NCBI GenBank assembly: GCA_039815375.1
Contig: JBCBZJ010000022.1
Coordinates: 1 to 50,927 of the forward strand
Reading direction: 5' to 3'
Source: Verrucomicrobiota bacterium
GTDB lineage: Bacteria; Verrucomicrobiota; Verrucomicrobiia; Opitutales; Coraliomargaritaceae
DNA length: 50,927 bases
The notes below the pieces were generated by a model. That model was not told where the DNA came from. It saw only the letters and a list, made by a program, of their open reading frames with translations, and searched no databases. Positions 26,036 to 33,939 of the stretch are shown here, piece by piece (within the stretch, counting starts at the first letter, position 1; each line of letters opens with the position of its first letter). Made by a program: the position numbers and the translations under genes.

Positions 26036-26100
26036 TTTTTAGACACTACGAGGATAGAAATACGAACCTACTCTAACTCCGAAACATCCCGGAAGGTATC
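26036..26100. repeat. Islet-end motif, degenerate copy
   Basis: ctacgaggatagaaatacgaacctactctaactccgaaacatcccggaaggtatc aligns to ctacggggatggcgatacgaaccgttttctaactttgaacatccccgcagctatc at 27045-27099. Confidence 0.7.
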
Positions 26101-26135
26101 AGTGGTGGTAGAAATGCGAAAATAGAAAGTGTAGC

Positions 26136-26411
26136 TCAGGCAATTCTGATTTCAACATGCTTACCAAGAGCTTTGGCATATTTCTCGACTGTCGAAAGCT
26201 TCACATCTTGAACATGATTTTCCAAACGCGAGATCGCCGTCTTTCTCGTGCCAATAGCACTCGCAATCTCGTCTTGGGTTAACCCTGCCTCCAGACGGGC
26301 CTGTTTGAGCAAGATGCCGATTCGAAAATTCTCATAACCTTCGTCAAAGCCCTCAGCAAATTCAGGGCTCGATGCTTTTCTCTTAGCAATATATTTTTTT
26401 AGATCACTCAT
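26136..26411 (-). CDS. higA: Xre/HTH antitoxin (HigA-like)
   Basis: LKQARLEAGLTQDEIA..AISRLEN HTH; ATGA overlap with the upstream toxin. Confidence 0.88.
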   Translation of the reverse strand: MSDLKKYIAKRKASSPEFAEGFDEGYENFRIGILLKQARLEAGLTQDEIASAIGTRKTAISRLENHVQDVKLSTVEKYAKALGKHVEIRIA

Positions 26412-26758
26412 TTTGTTTCCTCCTTTAGAAAGATTCTCTTACGTTGTTCGGCCAAATCGATTTCCTGCTTTGGCGTCTTCTGCGTTTTCTTAGCAAAGCC
26501 ATTCGTGAGCACGACAAGTTTGCCTTCATATTCAAATCCCAGAATACGGAATATGTTGCCGCCAAACTGAATTCTGGCCTCCCAGATATCGTCCGTGCTC
26601 GTCAACTTTTTCCAATACTGCGCTGGAACGAAGTCCAAGTCCTCAATCAGCGTAAGCACCCAGGCCACTTTCTGCGCCTGCTTGTCCGTCAGACTATCTA
26701 TGAACTCCTCAACAGGACTAGTGCCGTCTGCTCGTTTGAAGAAAAGAACTTCTTTCAT
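26408..26758 (-). CDS. higB: RelE/ParE-superfamily (Gp49/HigB-like) toxin
   Basis: SPVEEFIDSL, IWEAR, FRILGF, LTNGFAKKTQKTP..EIDLA. Confidence 0.9.
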   Translation of the reverse strand: MKEVLFFKRADGTSPVEEFIDSLTDKQAQKVAWVLTLIEDLDFVPAQYWKKLTSTDDIWEARIQFGGNIFRILGFEYEGKLVVLTNGFAKKTQKTPKQEIDLAEQRKRIFLKEETK

Positions 26759-26766
26759 TGTGAATT

Positions 26767-26795
26767 AAAGTTAACATACATGTTAACTTTGTCAA
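26767..26795 (-). promoter_or_regulatory. higBA promoter/operator
   Basis: Perfect inverted repeat aaagttaacat-ac-atgttaacttt (26767-26790) abutting a minus-strand TTGACA (26795-26790). Confidence 0.75.
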
Positions 26796-26880
26796 ACCAA
26801 CAAAATCCTGAAAATATATCAGAATTGAAACCATCTGCTAAAATCTTCCGCTATCCAAGGGAGACTGTCTCTAATTTTGG

Positions 26881-27036
26881 TGGTCGGGGCGGAGGGATTG
26901 CGTTGCCATCTACGGTCGCTAGCTCCCTTCGTCGAACCCGGGGTGCGGCCTTCGCCGCATCGCTGCTGCGCAGCTCATTTCAAATCCCCCACCCTTAACG
27001 ACACAAAAAAACCTTCGCTCTCGCGAAGGCTGTTTT
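26881..27036 (-). repeat. tRNA-linked repeat unit, copy 2 (terminator hairpin, structured core, 19-bp tRNA-Pro 3' end)
   Basis: Near-identical to 33705-33861 (3 substitutions and one A-run length difference). Confidence 0.95.
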
Positions 27037-27099
27037 TGGTCGGCCTACGGGGATGGCGATACGAACCGTTTTCTAACTTTGAACATCCCCGCAGCTATC
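27033..27099. repeat. Islet-end (att-like) motif, copy 2
   Basis: tggtcggcctacggggat (18 bp) identical to 23513-23530, with further downstream similarity. Confidence 0.85.
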
Positions 27100-27582
27100 G
27101 GTCGGGATGGCCAAACAAAATTAGAATTTACATCTCTTCGAGACAACTTGTCCCAAAAGTAACGTTAGTTCGATAAAATCATCTACGTGAATCGCATTTC
27201 CTAGGCAACTCGTGGCACCTCCTTTTCGTTTTCTCGGTGATAGTAATTTAACAGCCCTCCGAGCCGTTCAAATTTCACGACTGAACCACTCTGCCCTTTG
27301 TTTATCGGGGCATACGGGAATGGGATCAGATTATCCAAGCCCTGATGATTTCTTTCGTGGTGATAGTGCAAAACGTAATTTGAGATAACGATACGGCTGG
27401 CAATGTCGCTGCCGGCAAAACCAGTAAACTGCTCAAATCAATTTCTATCGATTCATCCCGCATGCCACTCCCCCAGGGCCAAGACGTGAATCAGTATTTT
27501 CTGAATCGACCTTAATAGCCGAGGGCAGCGGTGTCCGCCATCACCTATCTCCAAGAAATCAAACTCCACAGAAAGGTTAGTC

Positions 27583-27837
27583 ATGAAACTGAAAAACAGA
27601 ACCACTAGAGGTCTCGTTATTCTTATCGGAGCTTTCATACTCCTGGTCAGCCATGACGGCTACACAGGAGAAGGCGGATTGCTGAGTCCTCAAATTCAGG
27701 AGCAATTGCTCAACCTGCCTGAGACAAGCAAGGGCCGAGAGGAACTCGGGCTTACAAAGCTGATTCCGCTTACGCGGATTCATAGCTGGTCAAAGCAGGA
27801 GACCGCATTCACAGAACTTCTCCGTGACCTGAAATAA
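27583..27837 (+). CDS. Small hypothetical protein with N-terminal hydrophobic segment
   Basis: ATG preceded by gaaagg; basic N-terminus followed by LVILIGAFILLV. Confidence 0.4.
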   Translation: MKLKNRTTRGLVILIGAFILLVSHDGYTGEGGLLSPQIQEQLLNLPETSKGREELGLTKLIPLTRIHSWSKQETAFTELLRDLK

Positions 27838-27869
27838 AAAGAGGCTCCACGCATGACACGTGAAGCCTC
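27836..27869 (-). terminator. Terminator downstream of HU gene
   Basis: gaggctccacg...cgtgaagcctc hairpin with an A-run on its left (U-tract on minus strand); conserved at 23583-23618. Confidence 0.7.
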
Positions 27870-27890
27870 TGAGTAAATTGCTTTGTGAGC

Positions 27891-28214
27891 TTAGAGCTTG
27901 GCACTCACTGTCGGCGCAGCCTTGAAGGAAATCTTCTTCTTGGCCTTCACGTTGACTGTCGATCCGTCGAGTGGATTACGTCCCTTACGTGGCGCGGAGC
28001 AACCAACGTAGAAGTTTCCAACACCGGGTAATGGAGCAACCACAGAAGGTTTGACCGCAGCTTCACCCTTCTTCGGCTTCTTGATTGCTTTTGCAGCTTT
28101 CTTGAGGGCAGTCAGATAGACGGCACCCACCCCATCAAGGATACGAGTTGCTTCTGCTTTGCTTTCAAGACCTAGCTCCTTCTGGAGCGCTTCAACGAGT
28201 TCGATTTTTGTCAT
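27891..28214 (-). CDS. HU/IHF-family DNA-binding protein with Lys-rich insertion
   Basis: MTKIELVEAL..SKAEA, LPGVGNF, RKGRNP.DG, FKAA. Confidence 0.9.
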   Translation of the reverse strand: MTKIELVEALQKELGLESKAEATRILDGVGAVYLTALKKAAKAIKKPKKGEAAVKPSVVAPLPGVGNFYVGCSAPRKGRNPLDGSTVNVKAKKKISFKAAPTVSAKL

Positions 28215-28321
28215 AATTTATCTTTTTGGTTTACGACATTCTAATGATGCCAAGAGAGGGTTAGATAAACTCGCCCCCTTCGAATTACCAAGGTTTTTCG
28301 AAGGAAGCCTCTGTGGGGCGT

Positions 28322-29137
28322 CTAACGACTATCTCCATTAACGCATTTCCCCACTTCGGAAGCACCCGTGTCTTCCAAATTTACCTGTCCTTGCGTTGCC
28401 GTTTTTTCAATAACTCGAATTAATTTGGGCACCATCTCTTCCATCAACTCATCCAATTCTTTTCTAATCGAACTCGGAAGCTTAGGTTCCTGCCGGCGAA
28501 GAATCTTCCAGACTCTAAAGCGGGTATAAACACCGCACTTGACAGCCAGCGATCGTATGGCGTCGTCTAAATCTTCGAGCGGTTTCTGCAGCTGATCAAC
28601 CTCAACCTCCTCCTGGACCTTATCTAAGAAGAATTGCGCTAAGTCGTCTTCCGAAACAAGTTTTTGAGCGCGTTCATTGTATTCGCTTAATACAGTCAAT
28701 AGCGTATCAATATCCTCAGATCCATTGATACGAAACGCAACAACCGGATCTCTTTCGGAAAGATCATCCAAGGCACTCCGAAAACCAGCAATAAAACCTT
28801 CGGGAAGTGTGGCTTTCCTTGCCAGCATGTCCCCGATCATCTGATCGATTAACGCCTCAACTCCACTCACGACTTCCAAATCGTTCGAATCTAGCCTCAC
28901 ACCATATTTCTGCCAAACAGAAAGGTAAGATTGTAGACCCTCTTTACCAAAGCCTTTAAATTTAACATTCTTTAATCTTATGCAATGCCGAAACTCCAAC
29001 AGATAATACAGCACGCGATTAGCCATCCTCCTTTGCTCCACACGTGTCCTATATACATATGCTCCAGTTGCTGCGGTGACCGAAAGCAGCACACCTAAAT
29101 CACGGACCCACCGTAATATATCTGCCTCAAAGCTCAT
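28322..29137 (-). CDS. Hypothetical protein, N-terminal TM plus helical domain (last gene of putative defence operon)
   Basis: 271-aa ORF starting 23 bp after the E2-E1-JAB stop; hydrophobic LGVLLSVTAATGAYVY. Confidence 0.75.
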   Translation of the reverse strand: MSFEADILRWVRDLGVLLSVTAATGAYVYRTRVEQRRMANRVLYYLLEFRHCIRLKNVKFKGFGKEGLQSYLSVWQKYGVRLDSNDLEVVSGVEALIDQMIGDMLARKATLPEGFIAGFRSALDDLSERDPVVAFRINGSEDIDTLLTVLSEYNERAQKLVSEDDLAQFFLDKVQEEVEVDQLQKPLEDLDDAIRSLAVKCGVYTRFRVWKILRRQEPKLPSSIRKELDELMEEMVPKLIRVIEKTATQGQVNLEDTGASEVGKCVNGDSR

Positions 29138-29160
29138 AATTAAAAATTGTAGTTGCAGCC

Positions 29161-31272
29161 TTAGACAAGAAACATCCCATCAGGAGTCCAAACTAGACAT
29201 ACAGTAGGTTCGTAGTCTCTCATCGATTTGAGACGCTTTAGCGTGCTCTTGTCAGTCCCTGACGCAGAGCCACCTTGTGGATGGCTGTGCCAAGTCCCCA
29301 AATAGGTCACCTTCCCATAGGACGCAGTTTCGGTTTTTGTAACTAGCTCCTCCAAGCCTTCAGTTCCAAGAACAAACAAGCTTGGACTGCTTTTGCTATC
29401 GGGGGGCGGAGGTAAAACTTCACTGATCACAATAGTTCGAGAGTTATAGAAGACACTGCCCAACAAAACACCTCCTGTCTCACAAACCCCGGAATCCCGA
29501 CTCGCCTGTTCGATCCAATCAGCAACTGAGCTAGAAACGCGGACACCCCAAGCATAATTACCTAATTCATTATTTACCGATACACTGGATGGAACGGAGT
29601 AGCTTCGCACGTCTAAGCATCCATCCTCTTTCAGGCGGGTAATACATAAATCACCGGAATCGCATCCTCGATTTTCAATAAACTTCTGTATCCTCATACT
29701 AAAGCTTGATGCATGTATAGACACATGAGCATCACTCATTATAAGCGTGTTCGATGAGCATGACTGTCCAATCTGAACAACATCTCTTCCATCGTTGGAC
29801 ATAATTTCAGAAACCCAATCATCTCTAAGCGACAGCAAATAAAAGTATGCCCAAAGATCCGCTAGCAGGACTCCACGATCAATACTCTCTGACATCATGA
29901 CACCAAACACTCCGTGCATATACAAAAACGCAGAAACGATAGGTGGGAGATCACACCTTGAAATTAACCTTGAACGAACAACGAATGACGCGGTCGTATC
30001 GATAAGAAGTTTAGTTCGTGAAAATCCAACCTCGAGCCGATCCGTATAATACCCCTTAGACTTCTCACTATCATTTTCCTTATACTCAGTCCCAGTTATA
30101 ATATTTAATGACCGTTCAAGCAAAACGGCTTTTTTCATAAAGGAAGTAGCTGTTAGAGCATGTCGTGCATTGTTATGAGGCCTAAAAAATGAACTGTCCA
30201 CGCAGTCAAATGGACCATTACCATTCCTTGCGAGATGCACACCGATTTTTGAACCTAAACTCCCACAACCAATCAGTGCGATTTTTCTATTATCAAACAA
30301 TTGATTTGCCCCTGACATACGCCTGAGTAGAGCCGGTGAAGGCCGACTAATATGCTCCATCATGCTCACTTCCGACTGATGAGAAAGCCTTCGCGCTTTC
30401 CCTCTAATATGATATTTTTTTGTTATACAGAAGTGAAGCAATTCAACATCAGACTTCGTGTTGATCACTGGACATGGTCGAGTCACAACCAAAATAACAA
30501 ATATGTATTTTTGCTCAAGAAACCCGCGTGCAAAGCGCTCGATTCGCCCCTCTAACTTATTAATTCCCACAAGTGAAGCGTAGGCATATAAGTCAGATAA
30601 ATCAGAGATTACATTAGGAACATAGTTATCGTCGACCCCTCGACAAGGATCAGTAATCAAAACTACTTTAGAAGCATGCCCATGCTGGGCGACTCCTCTA
30701 GTATCTTTAGCATACAATAAATTTGAGTATTCACTATAATCGAAATCATATTCAATAAACTCTCGACCAGAGAGTTCTTGTAGAAGCAGATCTCGATCAT
30801 ACTCAATATAACCGAGTGACCTATCAACGCGCATGGGCTCCCACCCCTGATCAGAGTCCATCAAGGAGTTAGCAGCAGCAGATTGTAGCCATTCCATTAA
30901 CTGATTCAGAATAGCGTTCATCCACTCTGACTGCTGGAGAAGTTCCGATACAGAGCCGTCATATATGCATGGGTAAACGCACTTTTCATTCGGGTTGATA
31001 TGTGGGAAACAACGTGGAAAATCATCCCGCAACCGTATCCTAGGAGCTACAAAAGGAAAATCAGGAGTAAACTCAAATACTACGCGCTCAGATTCACACA
31101 CACCCTGTTCTGTCACTCCTGATTCAATAAACTTGTTGGGAAGTGGAACAATAGCATCAGCAGAAATCTCAATGCATCCGCTTTGATCCGGAGTAAGGCC
31201 CAGCGACACAGCCTTAAAGCCACTGTGCGAGCTTATGTAGGAATGCGCTTTCTGTACCCAAAAATCATCCAT
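29161..31272 (-). CDS. Prokaryotic E2 - E1(ThiF) - JAB fusion (Cap2/Cap3-like ubiquitin-like conjugation enzyme)
   Basis: E2: FPFVAPRIRLRDDFPRCFPHINP..PCIY. E1: IGCGSLGS, NNARH, DTTAS, GQSCSS. JAB: ETGG, YLGTWHSHP..SGTD. Start placed at ATG 31272, overlapping the upstream stop. Confidence 0.9.
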   Translation of the reverse strand: MDDFWVQKAHSYISSHSGFKAVSLGLTPDQSGCIEISADAIVPLPNKFIESGVTEQGVCESERVVFEFTPDFPFVAPRIRLRDDFPRCFPHINPNEKCVYPCIYDGSVSELLQQSEWMNAILNQLMEWLQSAAANSLMDSDQGWEPMRVDRSLGYIEYDRDLLLQELSGREFIEYDFDYSEYSNLLYAKDTRGVAQHGHASKVVLITDPCRGVDDNYVPNVISDLSDLYAYASLVGINKLEGRIERFARGFLEQKYIFVILVVTRPCPVINTKSDVELLHFCITKKYHIRGKARRLSHQSEVSMMEHISRPSPALLRRMSGANQLFDNRKIALIGCGSLGSKIGVHLARNGNGPFDCVDSSFFRPHNNARHALTATSFMKKAVLLERSLNIITGTEYKENDSEKSKGYYTDRLEVGFSRTKLLIDTTASFVVRSRLISRCDLPPIVSAFLYMHGVFGVMMSESIDRGVLLADLWAYFYLLSLRDDWVSEIMSNDGRDVVQIGQSCSSNTLIMSDAHVSIHASSFSMRIQKFIENRGCDSGDLCITRLKEDGCLDVRSYSVPSSVSVNNELGNYAWGVRVSSSVADWIEQASRDSGVCETGGVLLGSVFYNSRTIVISEVLPPPPDSKSSPSLFVLGTEGLEELVTKTETASYGKVTYLGTWHSHPQGGSASGTDKSTLKRLKSMRDYEPTVCLVWTPDGMFLV

Positions 31273-32437
31273 GTGGAAGTGGCTCACGAGTTGATGCAAG
31301 CGCAGCAGAAGACAATTTTGACTTATCCTTCTTCGCCTTTCTTTGAGGGCCACTAGCGGTTAAGTTAAATTCCAACGGTTCAGGTTTTTTCTCTGAAGGA
31401 GTCTCGTTTGTGCAGAAGAATAGTTTCTTTGAAACAATAGTAAGGTATTCTTGTTTAGCAGCATAACTGGGCGGATCGTTATCGTCATCCTTAATGACAC
31501 AGCTTTGTGAGACGATGCAGCCCGACTCCTTCTTGCATTGACTCAAAGCCAACTTAGCATCACCGCAAACCTTAGGGTCGTCACACTCCGATCGGCTATC
31601 GTATGACAGAGAATGCCACGAGCAATGGTGCGGACACAAAAGTATGTCATAAGACAGCTTGTCCAAATCGCTTCTATACTTAGACCAAAGGCTTTCCCAC
31701 ACAAAGCACTCAGCGTCAGCCGCCAACAATAATCTATTATATGCAGCACCTTCAATAACCTTAATTTGAAGGATTACACTCTGCCTGTTCTTTTTCTCAT
31801 AATCTTCGTCACTCTCATCTTCCTGCTGCTCAATAGGCCCAAGAATAAAGGCTTCAAACTTCGGTGTCAGTTCCTTGCAATTTATTGTCGAGAACCTCGT
31901 CCCAACTTTACGCGTTATCGAAATTAGCTCTATGTCCTCTTCGTCGGAGTCATTCGCAACAACAGTAGCACGGTCTCCTTCATCTTGTATGCATCCTTTA
32001 GAGCGGAATGCTTCGACACGCCTTTTCATTTCACGATTGAAGGCTTTAGCATCCTCACACAACTCATAACTTGTAGATGCACGCTTCTTATACCTAGTGC
32101 TGCTCCATAGTTCACGTATAACAATTTTAGGCGCTTCACCATCCTCAGCCTCAGGATACTCACTCAGAGGACCAAGGTGAAAGTGCTTCTGAATGCCTGC
32201 CAAATGATCCTGATGTCGATGAGTTAATAGGAATGCATCTACATATGGCCTCCCCTCATTATCTTCTTTTAATCTATCGCGCAATTCAGTTGCGACATCA
32301 CAATGGTCAGCAATCTTTTCATCCTCAATAGAGACATCAACCATCAAGGTGGTCTCTTCGGAATCATTCAGCTTAAGAAGGGTAATACCTCCATTCTTTT
32401 CTCCAACCGGAAAAAACGTAATCGTAGACTGTTTCAT
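31265..32437 (-). CDS. Metallo-beta-lactamase-fold (ComEC-like) hydrolase ending in Gly
   Basis: THRHQDH (HxHxDH), ADAE, PHHCS; basic flexible tail ending ..REPLPHG. Confidence 0.88.
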   Translation of the reverse strand: MKQSTITFFPVGEKNGGITLLKLNDSEETTLMVDVSIEDEKIADHCDVATELRDRLKEDNEGRPYVDAFLLTHRHQDHLAGIQKHFHLGPLSEYPEAEDGEAPKIVIRELWSSTRYKKRASTSYELCEDAKAFNREMKRRVEAFRSKGCIQDEGDRATVVANDSDEEDIELISITRKVGTRFSTINCKELTPKFEAFILGPIEQQEDESDEDYEKKNRQSVILQIKVIEGAAYNRLLLAADAECFVWESLWSKYRSDLDKLSYDILLCPHHCSWHSLSYDSRSECDDPKVCGDAKLALSQCKKESGCIVSQSCVIKDDDNDPPSYAAKQEYLTIVSKKLFFCTNETPSEKKPEPLEFNLTASGPQRKAKKDKSKLSSAALASTREPLPHG

Positions 32438-33148
32438 TTATTTCTTTCCTCCATATTCTGTGAACAAGTAGTGAGCGTAATCAAGAGATGCAGATCTAAT
32501 AATCGGTATCCCTAAAACTGTCAGAGGTATTGCCACCAAGAGGTATACCCCTGAAATAATACGCCCCAATTCACTCTCAACACACAGGAGTGACGATGCG
32601 CCCAGAATAAGTCCCAGAGGAAGCCCCCCGACCAAATTCCTCCAGAAACCATACCGTATATTATACTGAAGCGTAAACTTACCATCGCCGACATGATGCC
32701 TTATCGCCGAAACTGCATCTCTAGCTCGTAAGCGGGCTTCAAGTTCATCATCTCGTTCCGCTTCTGCGTCATAGAGTTCAATTTCAAAATCCTCAAGGAT
32801 CTTTCGATGGAGCATTTCCTTCTGAGGTTTAGAAATAAGCCTAGTTTTCCATAACAGCATCTCTGTCGTTGGAAACCTCAGACCATTCTTAAAAATCAAC
32901 TTCTCGACCAAGCTCTTCCCCATCTCGCGAACGAGGGATGTGAACGAAATGATCAGAACTGCACTCAAGCTCAACTTACCAACCAGCATGAACTGTTCTG
33001 CGTATTTGAATAAATCCTTGTAGCTCTCAACTGGAGCTATGCTAGTTAACATAATGGCAGGAAACACCACTATAATTGATGGCAGATATCGAGCTCGGAG
33101 AGAATATTTATCAAACGACAACGGCAACTTCATAAGTTTTAAGCTCAT
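32438..33148 (-). CDS. Multi-pass (about 4 TM) membrane protein, first gene of putative defence operon
   Basis: Two hydrophobic pairs flanking a soluble loop; FDKYSLRARYLP and NIRYGFWRNL motifs; stop abuts the MBL start (TAAATG); start likely 33148 or 33133 rather than 33382. Confidence 0.75.
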   Translation of the reverse strand: MSLKLMKLPLSFDKYSLRARYLPSIIVVFPAIMLTSIAPVESYKDLFKYAEQFMLVGKLSLSAVLIISFTSLVREMGKSLVEKLIFKNGLRFPTTEMLLWKTRLISKPQKEMLHRKILEDFEIELYDAEAERDDELEARLRARDAVSAIRHHVGDGKFTLQYNIRYGFWRNLVGGLPLGLILGASSLLCVESELGRIISGVYLLVAIPLTVLGIPIIRSASLDYAHYLFTEYGGKK

Positions 33149-33661
33149 TCCGCATTTTTCATTCCAACCACAGAAAATACTATATACAGTCGAAAAATCC
33201 CTACAAGCAACTATATATAGATATATTTGTAACGCACACATGGGACATGTGACACACCCACAGCTAAGATTAACGACATAATGACACGCACACGTCTCAT
33301 ATCTATATATCGTTATATTTTGATAAGTAAACACGTCGTTCCTGCCACCCGAGCACGACGCACAGAACATTCCCCGCGACATCTGCGCTATTACGGTTCT
33401 CCCCAGAACAGTTGCGCAGATCCTACCATTAGGGATGTAGGAACACAGGTTCGCCCTGCCATCACCACAGCCTACTTGCCAAATATCATTAGGGATTAGG
33501 GCCTGAGAAAACAGAGAATTTTGGAGAACATTCGGCGAGAAAATTGAGGAGCGTCAGATTAAGAGAGAACTTTGTCCCTAATAAGGAAGAACCACACTCA
33601 ATTGCAAAATTCGCAAACTCCTTGCCGCAAAGGACTTTAGCATCACTCAAAACCCAAACAC

Positions 33662-33695
33662 AAAAAAGCTGCGAACCTCTGGAAAGTTCGCAGCT
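33662..33695 (-). terminator. Terminator at the tRNA-proximal end of islet A
   Basis: agctgcgaac-9nt-gttcgcagct perfect stem with an A6 run to the left. Confidence 0.7.
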
Positions 33696-33704
33696 AATTC
33701 TCGA

Positions 33705-33861
33705 TGGTCGGGGCGGAGGGATTGCGTTGCCCTCTACGGTCGCTAGCTCCCTTCGTCGAACCCGGGGTGCGGCCTGCGCCGCATCGCTGCTGCGCAGCTC
33801 ATTTCAAATCCCCCACCCTTAACGACACAAAAAAAACCTTCGCTCTCGCGAAGGCTATTTT
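33705..33861 (-). repeat. tRNA-linked repeat unit, copy 1
   Basis: Directly follows the tRNA CCA; contains the ccttcgc-tctc-gcgaagg terminator; ends in the 19-bp duplicate tggtcggggcggagggatt. Confidence 0.95.
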
Positions 33862-33939
33862 TGGTCGGGGCGGAGGGATTCGAACCCCCGACCCTCTGCT
33901 CCCAAAGCAGATGCGCTAGCCAGGCTGCGCTACGCCCCG
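33862..33939 (-). tRNA. tRNA-Pro(TGG)
   Basis: CGGGGCG/CGCCCCG acceptor stem, TCTGC-TT-TGG-GA-GCAGA anticodon arm, GGTTCGAATCC, encoded CCA. Confidence 0.98.

Larger units (their letters stand above)
23513..26887. mobile_element. Integrase-less islet B (IS3, HU remnant, PEP-CTERM gene, higBA)
   Basis: Bounded by TGGTCGG-CCTACGGGGAT at 23513 and TGGTCGG-GGCGGAGGGATT at 26881; accessory cargo; AT-rich intergenic DNA. Confidence 0.7.
27037..33711. mobile_element. Integrase-less islet A (HU plus putative defence operon)
   Basis: Bounded by TGGTCGG cores at 27037 and 33705, inserted between two tRNA-linked repeat units; cargo is visibly AT-richer than housekeeping genes. Confidence 0.8.

Noticed and set aside
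26444..27176. ORFs 26444..26998 and 26877..27176, and their twins 33544..33822 and 33704..33919
   Set aside because: The shared peptides come from translating the non-coding repeat and antisense tRNA/higB sequence.
33149..33382. Cys-rich N-terminal extension of ORF 32438..33382
   Set aside because: AT-rich promoter-like DNA read in frame; the protein-like sequence begins at 33148 or 33133.
33427..33496. cattagggat repeated twice, 60 bp apart, near the islet end (possible arm-type sites)
   Set aside because: Only two 10-bp copies and none at the other islet ends, so it could be chance.
23513..33939. Recurring TGGTCGG-containing repeats as a possible CRISPR array
   Set aside because: Spacing is irregular (156 bp to 6.7 kb), the repeats derive from a tRNA end, and there are no cas genes.
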